Assembly (NCBI GenBank): GCA_965221635.1
Contig: OZ244902.1
Span: 479,957-543,956 of the forward strand
Direction: 5' to 3'
DNA: 64,000 bases
Origin: Candidatus Aldehydirespiratoraceae bacterium
GTDB taxonomy: Bacteria; Actinomycetota; Acidimicrobiia; Acidimicrobiales; Aldehydirespiratoraceae
Below, one piece after another: positions 61,423 to 64,000 of this stretch. The number at the start of each line of letters is the position of its first letter. Position 1 is the stretch's first letter. Below the pieces are notes generated by a model. The model was not told the DNA's origin. It saw only the letters and a list, made by a program, of their open reading frames with translations, and did no database searches. The position numbers were made by a program, and so were the translations under genes.

Positions 61423-64000
61423 CTAGGCGATGTCGAAGTACCCGAAGGTTCTTGTCAGCAGCGACGCCATCTGTGCCCTGGTGACGAACGCGAACGGGTT
61501 GAAGTTGCCGCTTCCGTCGCCGAGTGTGACTTCCAGGTACTCAAGGGCGCTCACTGCACCGTCGAACTCTGCGGGAAGTGCTTCGGACACATCGTCAAAT
61601 GATCCCGACCTCGCTATGGCATCCACGAGGACTTCACCGTTGGCGAGTTCCACCCCGGAGCGGGAAACGTGCTGCAACAAGCGAACCAGCAGCACCGCCA
61701 ACTGCGCACGCGTCACGTCTTGGTGGGGATCGAACTGGCTGTCGGAGCGGCCCTTGATCACACCGGCGCGGGCAAGTCTGTTGATCGCGTCCGCCGCTTC
61801 TGTCGGCACGTCGTCGAGATCCTCGAAGTCGACCTCGTCAGCGGGTTCGAGCACCACTGCACCGAGCGTGGCGGTGCGAGCCAAGAACACCGCCAGCTGC
61901 CACCGCGTCAGGCGCGCCCAAGGATCGAACACGTCACCCGCCCCGGATCCTTGTGTGATCCCGAAATGTTTCAAGCAGGCAATCGACACTTCGTGAGTGC
62001 CGCCTGCTTCCACATCGGAGAAGCCATGCCCGGTTTCGTCCACGGAGTCACAAGGCGATGGCGGCGGCCCGCTTGCAGCCGGGCCGGCCGGAGCCAGGAA
62101 CACTGGAAACACCGGTACCGGTGCCGGTGTCGGCACGGTCACCGAGAATGAGAGCTCGGTGAGGCCACCCTGCCCGTCGTTCGCGGTGACTGTGACGGTG
62201 ACCGTGCCGAATGCAACGGCCTCAAGGTTCAGGCTTTGCTCGGTGGCATCAATCGTGGCCGTGACCACGTCCTCGTTGCTGGAGACCACCGAGTAGGTGA
62301 GGTCGTCCTCGGGATCCGAGAACACATGTTGATCTTCCTCTTCGAGTGGGATCGCGCGACTCGATCCCCGCTGCATCGACATGCCCGGAAGGTTTCGTTC
62401 CACCACGGGCAGCTGATTCGGAACCGTCACCGTGAACTTGGCGGACACCTCCAAACCATCAGGGTCAGTGGCGAACACGGTGATGGCCACGGTGCCTCGT
62501 GCCACACCGGTGACGGTGAGCACGTTGCTTGCCGAATCAAGCTCGATGTTCGCGCTGTCGGTTGCCGGGTGCGTGATGCGATATGTGAGCGTGTCGCCGT
62601 CGGGATCCTCGAAGAGAACGTCGGTGGTGCTAGCCAGGTTGCGCGTCCAGGACTTGCCCACCTCCACGCTCACGTCACCCAAGGTGCCCTTCAACACGGG
62701 CGCCTGGTTTGCCACGGTCACGGTGAACGTGTGGGACCCGGTCTGGTTGGCGTCATCGGTGGCTGTGACCGTGATGTCCGTTGTGCCCATGGCGATTGCG
62801 GTGACGACGACCTCGGTGGTGTCGGCATCAATGGTTGCGGTTGCCTTGGTCGTGTCCGTGCTCGTCACCGAGTACGCGAGTTGCTTGCCCTCAGGGTCGA
62901 AGAACACTTCGGATCCGTCTTCCTCGAGGGCGACGCGAATGCTGTTGCCCGGTTTCACGCCCTGGTCCGAAATGGCGTTTCTCACAACAGGCACACCGTT
63001 GGTGACCGTCACTGTGAAGGTGATGGTGGCGGTTGAAGAACCAGGATCCGAGGCCGTGATCGTCACATCGGACGTGCCCTGGGCCACGCCGGTCACCTGT
63101 GCTGTCTTGCCTTCCGTGCCGATGGTCGCGGTTGCTGCCGCCTCGTTGCTTGATGCCACCGTGTAGGTGAGCGCTTCTCCGTCCGGATCGGTGAACAGGG
63201 CTTCCGTCTCGGACTCGATCGTGACTTGGGAGCTGTTGCCCGGGTCAAGCGTGAGGTCGTTCACGACGCCGGAGGCGGTTGGGCTTCTGTTGGGAACGGT
63301 CACCGTGAAGCTGGTGCCAACCGAGGCATGAGTGTCGCTGGCTCTCACCTCGATCTGAGACGCTCCCGGCGAAACAGCCTCAAGCGTGATCGATGTGCCG
63401 TCGCGGTCCAAACCGGCCTTCACAACCTCGGGCTTCGACGAGTTGACGGTGTAGGTGAGGTCGTCAAGATCCTCGTCGGTGAACACGTGAGCCCCGGCTG
63501 TTTCGAGCGGAACTGTGGTGTTCGTTCCGGTGTTGAACTGCTTGGCTGAGATGGTGTTCAGCACCTGCGGCACGCAATTGAGTGCCTGTGCGCCGAACTC
63601 TTCCGAAGTCGCCGCTCCGTTGCCGTCCACGTCCACTTCGAGAGCGGGATAGTGGCATGCCATGCTGAAACCCCAACGATCGCTGTCCCACGAGGCGTAG
63701 ATGCCGCTGTACTGATCGGCTTCCACGATCACATCGGTTGGCGTTGTCATCTCGGTGGTGGTCTTGCCGAAGCTCGCCAAACTGCCTGCGCTCTGGGCCT
63801 GACCGGACTGGTCGCGATCCCAGTATCCGTCGGTGACCGTGCCGGCATTGGCGCCGACCAAACCGCCGAGTGCCGGGTTGGCGGCAGTACCGGTGAGCGA
63901 CATCTTCGTGGCGGCGTAACTGTGCTTCACCGTGGCCTTGGCGGCGTTCTCGGCCACCAAACCCCCTAGCGTGTAGCTGCGCTGGACCTGATCGTCGGTG
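61423..64000 (-). CDS. cell-surface protein, 5'-truncated by window edge: GLUG region, six Ig/cadherin-like domains, three C-terminal SLH domains
   Basis: The frame stays open to position 64000 (upstream codons read ...SYTLGGLVAENA...). Repeated ...TYTV.SS....ATA.ID......VT.VA.GT..VTVTA.D..G units. The C-terminus has three F.D(V)...H...I..L...G(I/V)..G......F.P...VTRAQ(L/M)A..L.R motifs, the SLH signature. Confidence 0.8.
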   Translation of the reverse strand, partial: TDDQVQRSYTLGGLVAENAAKATVKHSYAATKMSLTGTAANPALGGLVGANAGTVTDGYWDRDQSGQAQSAGSLASFGKTTTEMTTPTDVIVEADQYSGIYASWDSDRWGFSMACHYPALEVDVDGNGAATSEEFGAQALNCVPQVLNTISAKQFNTGTNTTVPLETAGAHVFTDEDLDDLTYTVNSSKPEVVKAGLDRDGTSITLEAVSPGASQIEVRASDTHASVGTSFTVTVPNRSPTASGVVNDLTLDPGNSSQVTIESETEALFTDPDGEALTYTVASSNEAAATATIGTEGKTAQVTGVAQGTSDVTITASDPGSSTATITFTVTVTNGVPVVRNAISDQGVKPGNSIRVALEEDGSEVFFDPEGKQLAYSVTSTDTTKATATIDADTTEVVVTAIAMGTTDITVTATDDANQTGSHTFTVTVANQAPVLKGTLGDVSVEVGKSWTRNLASTTDVLFEDPDGDTLTYRITHPATDSANIELDSASNVLTVTGVARGTVAITVFATDPDGLEVSAKFTVTVPNQLPVVERNLPGMSMQRGSSRAIPLEEEDQHVFSDPEDDLTYSVVSSNEDVVTATIDATEQSLNLEAVAFGTVTVTVTANDGQGGLTELSFSVTVPTPAPVPVFPVFLAPAGPAASGPPPSPCDSVDETGHGFSDVEAGGTHEVSIACLKHFGITQGSGAGDVFDPWARLTRWQLAVFLARTATLGAVVLEPADEVDFEDLDDVPTEAADAINRLARAGVIKGRSDSQFDPHQDVTRAQLAVLLVRLLQHVSRSGVELANGEVLVDAIARSGSFDDVSEALPAEFDGAVSALEYLEVTLGDGSGNFNPFAFVTRAQMASLLTRTFGYFDIA

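Noticed and set aside
1-64000. Search for integrase, transposase, reverse transcriptase, phage structural or cas genes to explain the accessory blocks
   Set aside because: No ORF of 60 aa or more showed recombinase (R..H..R..Y, DDE, serine-recombinase) or RT (YxDD) signatures on my reading. Mobility of the islands therefore remains inferred from repeats and composition only.

Overview
This is a 64-kb high-GC chromosomal window that looks actinobacterial. Evidence: mycothiol glycosyltransferase mshA with a YbjN-like neighbour, an AccE epsilon subunit next to a PccB/AccD5-type carboxyltransferase, an ffs-dnaX-recR block, and many GTG starts and 4-nt stop/start overlaps. All calls come from reading the supplied ORF translations and the DNA by eye. 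No database search or program was run, so family names rest on motifs I recognise, and some start codons are re-picked by hand.

Layout:
(i) 0-13.2 kb is housekeeping: ferredoxin, mshA, MoaD-like, tRNA-Lys, cyclophilin, aat, accE-pccB.
(ii) 13.2-35.1 kb is an accessory stretch. It holds about 1 kb of repeat-rich non-coding DNA, then three tandem paralogous ankyrin-repeat genes with a shared unrecognised N-terminal domain on visibly lower-GC DNA. Next come an epoxide hydrolase and a stand-alone ATP-dependent DNA ligase whose last ~111 nt are duplicated 6.5 kb downstream. That duplication brackets a 1969-aa four-module GLUG/Ig-like secreted protein. A toxin-antitoxin / modification cluster follows: an HTH-ImmA/IrrE fusion, hipBA, and an orphan beta-class DNA methyltransferase with a coupled 55-aa ORF.
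(iii) 35.1-61.2 kb is housekeeping again: 5'-3' exonuclease, mce, recR, dnaX, SRP RNA, two tRNA-Ser, tadA, peroxiredoxin, pncA/pncB, ABC exporter, xseAB, polyprenyl synthase, MFS, prmA-like, DUF418, DUF4143 ATPase, CoA-transferase. It is interrupted by one lower-GC hypothetical gene and several intergenic tandem-repeat arrays.
(iv) 61.4-64.0 kb is the 3' part of a second GLUG/Ig-like protein ending in three SLH domains.

Best candidates for something new:
- the ankyrin triplet island;
- the direct-repeat-bounded giant-protein cassette inserted at the ligase 3' end;
- the hipBA/ImmA/methyltransferase cluster;
- a 93-nt hairpin element present twice with a compensatory base-pair change.

No integrase, transposase, cas gene, CRISPR array or rRNA was seen.
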